A stretch of 64,000 bases of DNA from an uncultured Francisella sp. (GCA_964606405.1 CAZSGH010000002.1:34719-98718); one strand, 5' to 3'; numbered from the stretch's first letter, positions 54,704 to 63,434 are shown. Notes: generated by a model from the sequence alone, not told the origin. Program-made: numbers and translations.

Positions 54704-57037
54704 TTATCCTCTACCAAGGAGTTGTTTGGCTAAGGCAACCTCAACACTGTCACCTGACTGGTTGAGGATGTCTAGCCCTGAATCTGGCATATCGCCAGAG
54801 GTTGATTGGCTAACGGTGATCTTCTTGGCCATGAGTTCTAGGCAGGTAATCTGCGCTGAGTCTCCATAGCCTAAAAAGTACACGTCGACGGGCAACTTCT
54901 GCCCAATACGCCAGGAGCGTCGCGCTGCCTGTTGTACCGTGTAGACGTTGTAACCTGTCTGCATAAACACGATGGTTGGGAACTGAAGCATATCGAGGCC
55001 TGTCTTAACCAGTTCGGGATTGGTGATGATGACATCAACACCTCGATCGACCTGGTCAAGTAACCAATCTTCACGCTTCGCAGCTTCTACACTGGCTTTG
55101 AGTACCGCCACTCGAAGCCCTTCGGCTTCAAGTAGTGACTTTAACCGCCCAGTGGTATCGCGTGTGCCGGTGTAAACGGTGTACACCAGCGTGCGACGAC
55201 CTCTAAGCTTCTCAGTTTTGCATATTTCCAGCATTCTTGCTTCCTTCGGAGAAATCTCCGTTTCGTCAAAAATGCTCGGTGCATAAGCCAGCGTTGAACG
55301 GTTATGCGGATGACGTACTGTTTCCGAACGGAAACAGGTATCTGGCCAAGCCAACAAAGTATTCAAAACAACACCCATTAATGAGGTATCACCTTTCGCC
55401 AATGCTTGTCTCAACTCAGACTGCAAACTCGATGCCATTTTGCTGTACATCTCACCTTGCATCGCTGTCATCTCAGCTTTCTCAAAATGCTCCTGGTAGG
55501 CTGGCAAAATATTGCCGCCAATATCCTTGAGTTTTAAGAATGCCGTGTAAGGTACCACGTAGCGCATGATGCCTTTTGGTCCAAAGCCTGGTGCTTTTGC
55601 GGATCTCGTATCAATCTGGTCGCCTTTAGCTGTTCGATGTGAACGACGTTCGCTATCGGAGCTTTTAACACGAGTAACTTCCTTAATCACACCATGCTGA
55701 CGCAAGAATGATTGCGCTGCGCTTCCTAACCCACCTTTACGGTAGGTGAAGCCATCTTCAATCATCAGTTTAGGATTGAGACGCCATAACAAGTAAAACA
55801 AGTCATCAGCGTAGCCACCCATGAGAGTGCCCGTTAATAGCAATGTCTTCTTGCACTTGCGTGCCAATACCGCCATTGCCTGACCTTGTGCCGAACCTTC
55901 GTTTTTATATTCGTGTCCTTCGTCCACGACTAATAAACCAAAGTAACCACTGGGTAGGTAACGTTTGATGAACTCGGTTGGCTGATAACCACCCTGCCCA
56001 AATGAAAACTCCATGCGTGACATAGCTCTTTCCATTCGTCGTGCCTGGTTATCGGTAAACACCAGTTCACCTTCGGCATCCATTAGGTTAATAAAGGAGT
56101 AAACATTGTCCTCCAGCATCTTACCTAGCCCATCACCAAAGGTATCGTACAAACGCTCAGCCGTTTTCTTGCCGATCGTTGGTATCTGCACCAGCGCATC
56201 CATGACAATTTCTTGTCGTGTTTTGGCCACTTCACCTTTTCTGCGTGATAACGTCCAAAGACGCTCACCGCAACAACGGCAGTTTTGACGTTTCTCATTC
56301 AAACGTAATTGCGCAGCATGAGGTGTCAATGGAATAGGCTCTTCATCGCTATGCAAAATGTGTGTACCACACTTAGGACAGGCGGCAACTTGTGTGTTGA
56401 CCGCTTCGCCCATTTCTCCATATTGACGATAACGACGCACTGCAAAAGCAGGACGCCAGTCAAAGCCCATTCGCATCCGGACACGCCCCATGACAAAAAA
56501 CTCTGGCACATCAGGCTTATCGAGCATATTGCGAATCAAGAGCAGTTTACGAAGCGTGTCTGGGCCATTGAGCACCCATACGCGTGCGTTAGGAACTGTT
56601 TCTAGTATTTCACGTCGCCACTTGTACACCAGGTGCGGTGGTGAAACCACCAAGGTACGCTGATAGCCCTCTGCGTGCATGACTGCTACAGCGCAAATGG
56701 CCATCATGGTTTTACCAGTACCCATTTCCGCATTAATGACGGACGCAGGCGCACCTTCATCAATCATCAATTTGGTAACGGCTTGCACCACGTCTTGCTG
56801 CTGCACGAATGGCTTACGTTTGAGACCATCCATCACTGCAAGGCGTTTTTCTGACTCGTCGTGAACAAGGTAAGTTGGGCGCAGTTGCGTTTTAACCGCG
56901 TCCATCAATGTGCCACCAAAATCCTTAATGAATTGGGACAAAGGCATCACATCGTCATTGGTAGGTTGATTCAACGCATCACCTAAGACACAGTTGTCAT
57001 CGGTAATATTGGTATCGTCAACAATGTTGTCGTTCAT
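54704..57037 (-). CDS. SNF2-family helicase with inserted zinc ribbon
   Basis: 777 aa with AEMGTGKT (motif I), VVDEGHEYKN (DEGH), an inserted CPKCG...CRCCGE, and QQAARRSWRIGQ (motif VI). Confidence 0.88.
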   Translation of the reverse strand: MNDNIVDDTNITDDNCVLGDALNQPTNDDVMPLSQFIKDFGGTLMDAVKTQLRPTYLVHDESEKRLAVMDGLKRKPFVQQQDVVQAVTKLMIDEGAPASVINAEMGTGKTMMAICAVAVMHAEGYQRTLVVSPPHLVYKWRREILETVPNARVWVLNGPDTLRKLLLIRNMLDKPDVPEFFVMGRVRMRMGFDWRPAFAVRRYRQYGEMGEAVNTQVAACPKCGTHILHSDEEPIPLTPHAAQLRLNEKRQNCRCCGERLWTLSRRKGEVAKTRQEIVMDALVQIPTIGKKTAERLYDTFGDGLGKMLEDNVYSFINLMDAEGELVFTDNQARRMERAMSRMEFSFGQGGYQPTEFIKRYLPSGYFGLLVVDEGHEYKNEGSAQGQAMAVLARKCKKTLLLTGTLMGGYADDLFYLLWRLNPKLMIEDGFTYRKGGLGSAAQSFLRQHGVIKEVTRVKSSDSERRSHRTAKGDQIDTRSAKAPGFGPKGIMRYVVPYTAFLKLKDIGGNILPAYQEHFEKAEMTAMQGEMYSKMASSLQSELRQALAKGDTSLMGVVLNTLLAWPDTCFRSETVRHPHNRSTLAYAPSIFDETEISPKEARMLEICKTEKLRGRRTLVYTVYTGTRDTTGRLKSLLEAEGLRVAVLKASVEAAKREDWLLDQVDRGVDVIITNPELVKTGLDMLQFPTIVFMQTGYNVYTVQQAARRSWRIGQKLPVDVYFLGYGDSAQITCLELMAKKITVSQSTSGDMPDSGLDILNQSGDSVEVALAKQLLGRG

Positions 57038-57060
57038 GGTGGTTCTCCATTTTTTGAAAT

Positions 57061-57107
57061 AAAAAAGGGAACCACCGCCCCTACAGGGATGTGATTCCCT
57101 GTAGGGT
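57061..57107 (-). promoter_or_regulatory. Intergenic RNA motif copy H1
   Basis: Minus strand: CCCTACAGGGA-atcaca-TCCCTGTAGGG-gc-GGTGGTTCCC-T6. GGGAATCAC can pair with GTGGTTCCC. Confidence 0.7.
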
Positions 57108-57159
57108 AAAATAAATGCGGCGCTACTTCTTATTCTGACAGTAACACCATCGCTCTAAA

Positions 57160-57252
57160 TTAGTGCTTTCGCATCATAATGTGAATACCAGAAATAATAA
57201 TCGCAACCAAAAAAATGGATACGGCTATTATTTTTGCAGTTTCATGATCCAT
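57160..57252 (-). CDS. 30-aa hydrophobic peptide
   Basis: MDHETAKIIAVSIFLVAIIISGIHIMMRKH. Its ATG shares a base with the upstream TGA. Confidence 0.3.
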   Translation of the reverse strand: MDHETAKIIAVSIFLVAIIISGIHIMMRKH

Positions 57253-57347
57253 CAATTGCTACTATTTTTATGCATCTGCCATACTGTATAGGCTAATGCC
57301 ATAACAACCAAACCCATAGCAATGACTTGCATTGTAAATGTGCTCAT
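57252..57347 (-). CDS. 31-aa hydrophobic peptide
   Basis: MSTFTMQVIAMGLVVMALAYTVWQMHKNSSN. It starts 2 nt after the stop of the 73-aa gene. Confidence 0.3.
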   Translation of the reverse strand: MSTFTMQVIAMGLVVMALAYTVWQMHKNSSN

Positions 57348-57349
57348 GA

Positions 57350-57571
57350 TTAAAGCTCCTTCAGTTTGCTAATTAACTTAAAAATTATGCGCTGAACAAT
57401 TAACCAAGTCGCAATTAAAGAAACAATCGCAACTAAAGCAAATCCTGATTTAACATCTTGTCCATCGTACAACACAAACCAACCAACGACAGCAAACAAG
57501 GCTGCCAGTACAATTGACAAGATCATTTTGTAAAAGCCAATTTCTTCTTTGACTTGATCAATTTCGGACAT
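57350..57571 (-). CDS. Small 2-TM membrane protein
   Basis: 73 aa with a GGAG RBS. Confidence 0.5.
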   Translation of the reverse strand: MSEIDQVKEEIGFYKMILSIVLAALFAVVGWFVLYDGQDVKSGFALVAIVSLIATWLIVQRIIFKLISKLKEL

Positions 57572-57589
57572 ATAAACTCCTATGTGTCG

Positions 57590-58051
57590 TTATTCTACTC
57601 CCACTGGTGACGCTTTGTCACCAGAGTCAGTAAATCGCAACAGCAGCTCATCAATATTGCCTATCGTCGCCCAAACCTCTTCATGTTCAGAATGTTTGAG
57701 AGGACAAAAGACGATCAAATCGCCATCGCTGTGCACCTTAACGTGTTCGCCATCCAGTCGGTAGTCAGTTTCGAACTCGATCAGACAGGTTTCTTTAAGG
57801 TCGAGACCTTCAAGGTTAACATCTATATCACCTATATCGCTCTTGTCACCATCGTCACCGACTTGATACATGATTGAGTCAACTGCCCACCAACGCACGG
57901 CATAGTGCATATTGGCTTGTTGCAGTATCACTTGCACCCGTTTCAATTGAACCAGCATCGCCTGTTCAATTTCAACGACCAGGTACTCAGGTAAATTGTC
58001 GATCTGTTCGATATTGTGTGATGCTTTGCACAACACTTTTAGTTTACTCAT
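57590..58051 (-). CDS. Acidic hypothetical ICE backbone protein
   Basis: 153 aa, preceded by motif H2. Confidence 0.55.
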   Translation of the reverse strand: MSKLKVLCKASHNIEQIDNLPEYLVVEIEQAMLVQLKRVQVILQQANMHYAVRWWAVDSIMYQVGDDGDKSDIGDIDVNLEGLDLKETCLIEFETDYRLDGEHVKVHSDGDLIVFCPLKHSEHEEVWATIGNIDELLLRFTDSGDKASPVGVE

Positions 58052-58075
58052 AGCGGCTCTCCATTTTTTTGAAAT

Positions 58076-58123
58076 AAAAAAAGGGAACCACCGCCCCTAC
58101 AGGGATGTGGTTCCCTGTAGGGT
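58076..58123 (-). promoter_or_regulatory. Intergenic RNA motif copy H2
   Basis: Near-identical to H1. GGGAACCAC pairs with GTGGTTCCC, followed by T7. Confidence 0.7.
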
Positions 58124-58146
58124 GTCAAAATTGAATAGGATTTGAA

Positions 58147-58422
58147 TTAGCTCGTTTTTAGCAACGCTACTTCTTCCCTCACAGCCTTTTTGATCAGCTC
58201 TTCAAGCGTTAATCCACCAGACTTTATGTATTGTCGTAAAACACGGTTAATCTCTGTCTGATAACCGATTCCTTCGCTCAATGCTCTGGCTTTGAAGTCC
58301 CTTACAATGTCATCATCTAGATACATCGTTACTCGCACTTTTCCACCCTCTTCTCGAAGCTTGTTCAAATGCGGAACTTCCGTGGCTCGCTTTGCTTTAC
58401 TGAAATCATATTCCGCTTTCAT
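58147..58422 (-). CDS. brnA: BrnA-type antitoxin
   Basis: Start at MKAEYDFSKAKR. 91 aa, overlapping the brnT stop by 17 nt. Confidence 0.75.
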   Translation of the reverse strand: MKAEYDFSKAKRATEVPHLNKLREEGGKVRVTMYLDDDIVRDFKARALSEGIGYQTEINRVLRQYIKSGGLTLEELIKKAVREEVALLKTS

Positions 58423-58681
58423 AGTCAGCCTTCTCCTTGCCAGTTGCTTTTCGTGCAGAAATGAATCTGATCGTATCCTCATGTCTAAGGGCATATACAA
58501 CCAGTAGCACTCGCTCTTTCTTACTCTTACCAAGCAGCAAAAAACGCTCTTCATCAATAGATTCAGAGTCCTCCATAACCAAAGCAAATGGATCATAGAG
58601 CGACTCTTCAGCTTCATCGAATGTAACGCCATGCTTTTGAAAGTTCTTCTGAGCTTTTTGCTCATCGTATTCTATTTTCAT
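58406..58681 (-). CDS. brnT: BrnT-type (DUF497) toxin
   Basis: Start at MKIEYDEQKAQKNFQKHGVTFDEAEE, with ..IRFISARKATGKE. Confidence 0.78.
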   Translation of the reverse strand: MKIEYDEQKAQKNFQKHGVTFDEAEESLYDPFALVMEDSESIDEERFLLLGKSKKERVLLVVYALRHEDTIRFISARKATGKEKADYESGI

Positions 58682-58725
58682 GATTTTATTATACACACGA
58701 AATACATATAAAAATAGAAGCAACA

Positions 58726-59373
58726 TCAAACATGACTCACCTCCAGTACACCACTTTTGACCATATTGGAAACATAGGATGGAAAATCGCATCCCATGAA
58801 GTCCTTGGCTTGTTTGCTATCAAGATCAACTCGCCAGCAACGCACACCAATAGACAGTCTTAGATCATTCCCTTGTGACATATCAGATACAATCGCACCT
58901 GTTTTAGCTAAAGCGTTCATAATCGCTATACGCCATGAGTCCATTAAAGGAATGGGTGACAGTCGTTTAATGACTGACCATATCCTTAAATCGACATCAT
59001 ATTCATCATATTGACCTCGCAGTAACATCCAACGCACCTGGTTACTCATATCATCTTGAACGATAGACTCATCGTAAATAAATGTATGTACCAGGTTAGC
59101 CCCAAACAGACCGTTCGGTAAACGACCGGCTGTTTTAGTTAAGCGATCGCTGCTACCAATTAATAGCTTCCGTTCCCTACTCTCATAGTCAAAAGACAAT
59201 GACGTTAAGCCTCCATTGAATTTTGCTAAGGCAAAGGACGCAAACAATCGGTTAATTGACGCATCATAGCCATAACATGACATCATCATGATTTGTCCGT
59301 GTTCATCGGCAATAATGGCATCACACATGACGCCATCTACTTCGTTAAACTGAATGAGCGCACTCATACTCAT
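58726..59373 (-). CDS. Hypothetical ICE backbone protein
   Basis: Start at MSMSALIQF with an AGGAG RBS. 215 aa. Confidence 0.55.
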   Translation of the reverse strand: MSMSALIQFNEVDGVMCDAIIADEHGQIMMMSCYGYDASINRLFASFALAKFNGGLTSLSFDYESRERKLLIGSSDRLTKTAGRLPNGLFGANLVHTFIYDESIVQDDMSNQVRWMLLRGQYDEYDVDLRIWSVIKRLSPIPLMDSWRIAIMNALAKTGAIVSDMSQGNDLRLSIGVRCWRVDLDSKQAKDFMGCDFPSYVSNMVKSGVLEVSHV

Positions 59374-59389
59374 AATAGCTCTCCTAATC

Positions 59390-59436
59390 AAAAGAGAAGC
59401 CAGTCCCCACAAAGGAAATTAGCTTCCCTTAATGGG
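59390..59436 (-). promoter_or_regulatory. Intergenic RNA motif copy H8 (degenerate)
   Basis: Minus strand: CCCATTAAGGGAAGC..TTCCTTTGTGGGG..GCTTCTC-TTTT. Confidence 0.45.
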
Positions 59437-59443
59437 TTAATGA

Positions 59444-59926
59444 TTATTTTTTAATCAGGTTATTTTCTGCAAATGAAAAACTAGCGTTGCCCACAATAAT
59501 ATGATCAACAACTTTGACATCAATGGCTTTCAAAGAATCCACTAAATAATCCGTTAGTTTTTTATCCGCATTGCTTGGCTCTGTGTCTCCACTCGGATGG
59601 TTATGAGCGAAAATGACAGCGGCTGCATTGCGCTCTAGCAACTCTTTAATGATGTTTCTTGAATATACAGGTGATTCAGAAATACTACCTCTTGAAAGCT
59701 CGCACCAGTCTAGGACCTGCAATTTTGCATTTAATGCAAGCATTCCAAAATGCTCTTCTTTCAAACCTCGCAAACGATGCTCCACCATCGGTATAACATC
59801 CTTAGTAGATCGAATATTTACCATATTGGTTGAGAGCGCCATTGCAGCATAATGAGAAGCTGCTTCAAACACTGCTAGTGCTTTTGCGGGTTGATACCCT
59901 TTTTTTGTTTTAATGTATAGTTCCAT
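59444..59926 (-). CDS. radC: RadC-like JAB-domain protein
   Basis: 160 aa with HNHPSGDTEPSNADKKLT (JAMM motif). Confidence 0.9.
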   Translation of the reverse strand: MELYIKTKKGYQPAKALAVFEAASHYAAMALSTNMVNIRSTKDVIPMVEHRLRGLKEEHFGMLALNAKLQVLDWCELSRGSISESPVYSRNIIKELLERNAAAVIFAHNHPSGDTEPSNADKKLTDYLVDSLKAIDVKVVDHIIVGNASFSFAENNLIKK

Positions 59927-59944
59927 GCCATATCTCCTAAATAG

Positions 59945-59988
59945 AAAAAGGCACGCTTCCCCTATTGGGCAGCGATGCCCAATAGGGT
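59945..59988 (-). promoter_or_regulatory. Intergenic RNA motif copy H3
   Basis: Minus strand: CCCTATTGGGCA-tcgc-TGCCCAATAGGG-gaa-GCGTGCC-T5. Confidence 0.65.
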
Positions 59989-59998
59989 GTAAAGAAAT

Positions 59999-60247
59999 TT
60001 AGCTAATCGCTATATTCATTAGGTGATAGCTACCATCAGCGATACCCCAAGTCATATAACAGCCTTGAATTTGAATAATATCGCCTCTGCCCTTGGTTAG
60101 ATCATCTAACCAAAGAACATCATCGTTTGAGATTGGAAAATAAGGGTGTGTTAGCATCCTCACTGCCTGGTGAAAATCATCAGGTAAGCTCATGCTAGTT
60201 AACACAACAGATCGCTTCCAATTACGGGGGAGTTTAGTCAGTGCCAT
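59999..60247 (-). CDS. Hypothetical protein
   Basis: 82 aa, 15 nt downstream of the MTase gene. Confidence 0.45.
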   Translation of the reverse strand: MALTKLPRNWKRSVVLTSMSLPDDFHQAVRMLTHPYFPISNDDVLWLDDLTKGRGDIIQIQGCYMTWGIADGSYHLMNIAIS

Positions 60248-60262
60248 GGTGTTTTAGTATCC

Positions 60263-61345
60263 CTAGCGTATCGTCATCAAGCGACCGTAATTGTCACCGG
60301 GCGTTAGTTCGATACCCTTGATGATGGGAACAAAACGATCTAAACGAGTGATGGTTAAATTGCCGTCTTCGTCCATTTCGCGTCGTTCGTCCTTTTCCTT
60401 AAAGGTGTTACCCTTAATCAGCAAAGTTCGTCCATCATCACTATTGACGACACCCTCGATGTAGCCAGCAGCTAATGCCAAAGCCAAATGCCATTGTGTT
60501 AAATCACGCAAAGGCTTGGGTACGGCAGATTGAGACACGCCACCAAACATGGCATCAAAACCACCCCAAAGCGTTGCCTTGTTGTGTTTTTGAATCTCCA
60601 CTGCTAACTGTTCTGGCTCAAGCCGAACAATTCGCATGATAGGTAGCTGTCGCATTTCTGGAATGACATACGGATCTTGTGACGGATAATCTGGTAACTC
60701 AGGTGGTAGTTGACCACCACCAATTGACTCCAGTCGCTTAGCTGTTGCGGCATCCGTTGTGGATGATGCACGTTTCTTAGCGATAATCACGCACTGTTTG
60801 AATTGCTGCTCCGGTGCCATATAAGCCTGAACATCATAAAACCACTTGGTGATCATCAAGGAAAATTCCTTGTCGAGCACGTAGTAGGGAACGATCATTA
60901 CCAGCACACCATCGGACTGAAGTGTCGAGAAGGTTCGTCTGAAGAAAACTTTCTCCAGACGATCGGTACCTCGAGCATCACCCAATCCAGCCTTGTCGGT
61001 CACAATTTGACCGTAAGGTGGATTGAGCCACAGCAAGCCATAAGCGCGTAATGAAAGATTTACCTCGTTTAAGTCAGAATGAACGACTTGGTTCACTCGA
61101 TCACTTGCTGCGAGATAACGATCTCGATTGATCTCAACACCATGAGTTAGAATACTAGTCGGTTGCTCAAATTGTCTGACGACATCTGCAACCGCCAAAC
61201 CTTCGCCACAACACGGGTCAAGCAAGGAAAAATTAGTTGATGATGAATCCAATAGATAAGCGCAGCGCTTAACTGTTTCATCATCTGTGCGGTAATAGCC
61301 ATCTTGCGCATAGTTATGGGCAAGACGGTCAAACATGAGTGCCAT
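60263..61345 (-). CDS. Orphan SAM-dependent DNA methyltransferase (NPPY type)
   Basis: LDPCCGEG (motif I) and LWLNPPYG (motif IV). No adjacent endonuclease. Confidence 0.78.
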   Translation of the reverse strand: MALMFDRLAHNYAQDGYYRTDDETVKRCAYLLDSSSTNFSLLDPCCGEGLAVADVVRQFEQPTSILTHGVEINRDRYLAASDRVNQVVHSDLNEVNLSLRAYGLLWLNPPYGQIVTDKAGLGDARGTDRLEKVFFRRTFSTLQSDGVLVMIVPYYVLDKEFSLMITKWFYDVQAYMAPEQQFKQCVIIAKKRASSTTDAATAKRLESIGGGQLPPELPDYPSQDPYVIPEMRQLPIMRIVRLEPEQLAVEIQKHNKATLWGGFDAMFGGVSQSAVPKPLRDLTQWHLALALAAGYIEGVVNSDDGRTLLIKGNTFKEKDERREMDEDGNLTITRLDRFVPIIKGIELTPGDNYGRLMTIR

Positions 61346-61358
61346 AGTCGCTCTCCTT

Positions 61359-61401
61359 AAAAGGGAACGACTCCCCTACTGGGTGGCGTTCCCAGTAGGG
61401 T
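61359..61401 (-). promoter_or_regulatory. Intergenic RNA motif copy H4
   Basis: Minus strand: CCCTACTGGG-aacgcca-CCCAGTAGGG-gagt-CGTTCCC-TTTT. Confidence 0.65.
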
Positions 61402-61442
61402 GATAGAAAACAGCCCCGCGATGCGAGGCTATTGTTTGTTGA

Positions 61443-61565
61443 TTAACCTAAAATATTAGGTTTTGATTGTACTTCTGCTTCTCGCCTAGTAACTTCTTTC
61501 ACGAGGAAATGTGCGCCAATAGCAAGCAAGCCAAGAAATAGTGATACTGCCAGTACGCCTAACAT
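61443..61565 (-). CDS. 40-aa hydrophobic peptide
   Basis: AGGAG RBS. Sequence MLGVLAVSLFLGLLAIGAHFLVKEVTRREAEVQSKPNILG. Followed by a hairpin plus TTTT at 61411..61432. Confidence 0.35.
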   Translation of the reverse strand: MLGVLAVSLFLGLLAIGAHFLVKEVTRREAEVQSKPNILG

Positions 61566-61566
61566 A

Positions 61567-61848
61567 TCAGACTCCTTTAGACTTTGATAACGATACCAAG
61601 TATATACCAAACGCCAAAATTGGCAAAGACAACAAAATCAATAAATGATCTTGATGTTCAAGGCCTCTAACTACGTCGTACACGCCTTTTGATGCAATTG
61701 CAATTGCTGAAAAAACAGTTTTTTCACCAATGCTGTACATCAGCTTCAAAACACCTTCTTTTCCAAGAGAAACTAATGTCTCCCAAGTATAAATGAGCAG
61801 CATCCAAACAGGAATGGACACGAAGTAAACGGTTAATATAGTCGTCAT
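61567..61848 (-). CDS. Small 3-TM membrane protein
   Basis: Start taken at MTTILTVYF. Confidence 0.45.
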   Translation of the reverse strand: MTTILTVYFVSIPVWMLLIYTWETLVSLGKEGVLKLMYSIGEKTVFSAIAIASKGVYDVVRGLEHQDHLLILLSLPILAFGIYLVSLSKSKGV

Positions 61849-61859
61849 GGTATCAACCC

Positions 61860-62459
61860 CTAGACCTTCTGCCAAACTTGAGCAATTGGGTCAAACTTAT
61901 AACCATTAGCCTTCAGATAATCACGTTGCTGTCTAAACAGCTCACGATCTATCGTTGGGTCAAGTGTTATGGGTTGCCCTCCTGCGAGCACTGTTTCTAG
62001 TGTTTCAGGGTCGGCACCAAACAACTTGTTAACCAAGTCATCATCTTGCTTTGGTGACAACACCGTTCCAGTTTCTGCCTCATCAGAATCAGAGCCAACA
62101 AATACCGTTGGCAACTGAATAATAGGCGGCATCCTAACTGTTGACTGTTGCTCCACAATAGGATCTTGCACCGGTGGTGCATCTGAGGTCTGATCGACCT
62201 CATCTGAGTGAGTGGATAAGATAATATCAGCCAGTTTTGCTCTAACTTCAATCATTACTTTTCCACGCCACGCCCATGAATGTGGGTAAATTTGCTCAAC
62301 GAGAAATATGCCCTCATAGGTGCCAGGCTCAAACTGGTCAAGAATAGCATCGACGACTTTAAAGTCACCGATACCTGTTGTGAGATCACCAACAGAAAAG
62401 CTTCCATTTCTGCCAGTGACTGATTTAACAGCAATTTTGCCTTCGAGACGAATAGTCAT
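61860..62459 (-). CDS. DUF3275-like ICE backbone protein
   Basis: Start at MTIRLEGKIAVKSVTGRNGSFSVGDL with an AAGGAG RBS. The N-terminal pattern is typical of DUF3275. Confidence 0.6.
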   Translation of the reverse strand: MTIRLEGKIAVKSVTGRNGSFSVGDLTTGIGDFKVVDAILDQFEPGTYEGIFLVEQIYPHSWAWRGKVMIEVRAKLADIILSTHSDEVDQTSDAPPVQDPIVEQQSTVRMPPIIQLPTVFVGSDSDEAETGTVLSPKQDDDLVNKLFGADPETLETVLAGGQPITLDPTIDRELFRQQRDYLKANGYKFDPIAQVWQKV

Positions 62460-62482
62460 GGTATGACTCCTTATTTTGTTTG

Positions 62483-62532
62483 AAAATTCGGAGCACACCA
62501 AGCCCAACGGGACAGTCATGCCCCGATTGGGT
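62483..62532 (-). promoter_or_regulatory. Intergenic RNA motif copy H5
   Basis: Minus strand: CCCAATCGGGGCA-tgac-TGTCCCGTTGGG..TGCTCC-gaATTTT. Confidence 0.55.
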
Positions 62533-62558
62533 TAAGTAAAAAACACTAATGTGTAAGA

Positions 62559-62771
62559 TTAATAATTAGGTTCAGCTAATAGCATCATGCCTTTAGATAA
62601 GGTGATATGCTCACCCAATTCAAAAGACAACTCGACCACCAAGGTGATCCAGCACTTGGCGCATAGCGCATTAAGTTCTGATCCCTCGCAGGCAGTGATG
62701 ACTTTTCCTGTACGCTGCTTGAAGTCATCGTACAATTCTTTTAACTGGAACTTGGTTGATATAGTTTTCAT
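62559..62771 (-). CDS. Hypothetical small protein
   Basis: 70 aa, preceded by motif H6. Confidence 0.45.
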   Translation of the reverse strand: MKTISTKFQLKELYDDFKQRTGKVITACEGSELNALCAKCWITLVVELSFELGEHITLSKGMMLLAEPNY

Positions 62772-62787
62772 GGTGTATCTCTTAAGT

Positions 62788-62830
62788 GGAATACACCAAC
62801 CCCTTGGGAATAATGTATCCCCGTGGGTAA
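62788..62830 (-). promoter_or_regulatory. Intergenic RNA motif copy H6 (no U-tract)
   Basis: Minus strand: ACCCACGGGGATACA..TTCCCAAGGGGT..GTGTATTCC. Confidence 0.5.
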
Positions 62831-62845
62831 AGGTATTTTTTGAAA

Positions 62846-63027
62846 TTAAGCTGCACGAACACCAATTTTGACATTAGTGTTCCGCTCATTAATGACGCCG
62901 ATCGCTTTTAATCGACGCACGGCAGAAAACCATGCATCCATCGATGTTCGCGCGACAACTTCAATGACTTCATGACGTGCGATATTGTGTTGATAAAACT
63001 GCATATCGACGAGGTATAGTTTGTTCA
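62846..63027 (-). CDS. Hypothetical small protein
   Basis: Start taken at MNKLYLVDMQF with a GGAGAA RBS. The longer track ORF would run through motif H7. Confidence 0.4.
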
Positions 63028-63049
63028 TAAGGTTCTCCAATTTGAAAAC

Positions 63050-63091
63050 AAAAAGGAACCTTACCCCACTGGGATTGGTTCCCAGAGGGTT
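63050..63091 (-). promoter_or_regulatory. Intergenic RNA motif copy H7
   Basis: Minus strand: ACCCTCTGGGA-accaa-TCCCAGTGGGGT-aa-GGTTCC-T5. Confidence 0.6.
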
Positions 63092-63181
63092 GTTGAGTGA
63101 TGACACCGAGGCATCGCCGCGTGTGTCTGTTTGATATGTGTCAGTTATTGTGCTGACTGATTGAAGGTTACGTCCCGCCAA

Positions 63182-63432
63182 AAGGCTAGTTGCTCGAAGG
63201 GACTTAGCAACAATATTCCTAAGATAGCATCAAATTAATGCCACCTTAGGAATATCACTGTAACGTGATACCCAGGAATTCATGCCAGTGTTACTGGCTC
63301 ATGATAAAGCCTGGTCATTCGGGGTGACCGCCCCTATTTATTAATTTGAAACTGAGTAATACCGCCTGTTCACACAGGTTCTTCCAAATATCCGACGGGA
63401 CACTTGGAAGAACCTGCAAGGCAGGTCCAAAG
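63182..63432. ncRNA. ORF-free region with eight consecutive local hairpins (structured RNA or ssDNA element; strand unknown)
   Basis: Stems include GTTGCT/AGCAAC (63189..63211), ATTCCTAAG/CTTAGGAAT (63215..63253), ATCAC/GTGAT, CCAGT/ACTGG, GGTCA/TGACC, CCTG/CAGG, GGTTCTTCCAA/TTGGAAGAACC (63377..63414) and CCTGC/GCAGG. Confidence 0.4.
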
Positions 63433-63434
63433 AG

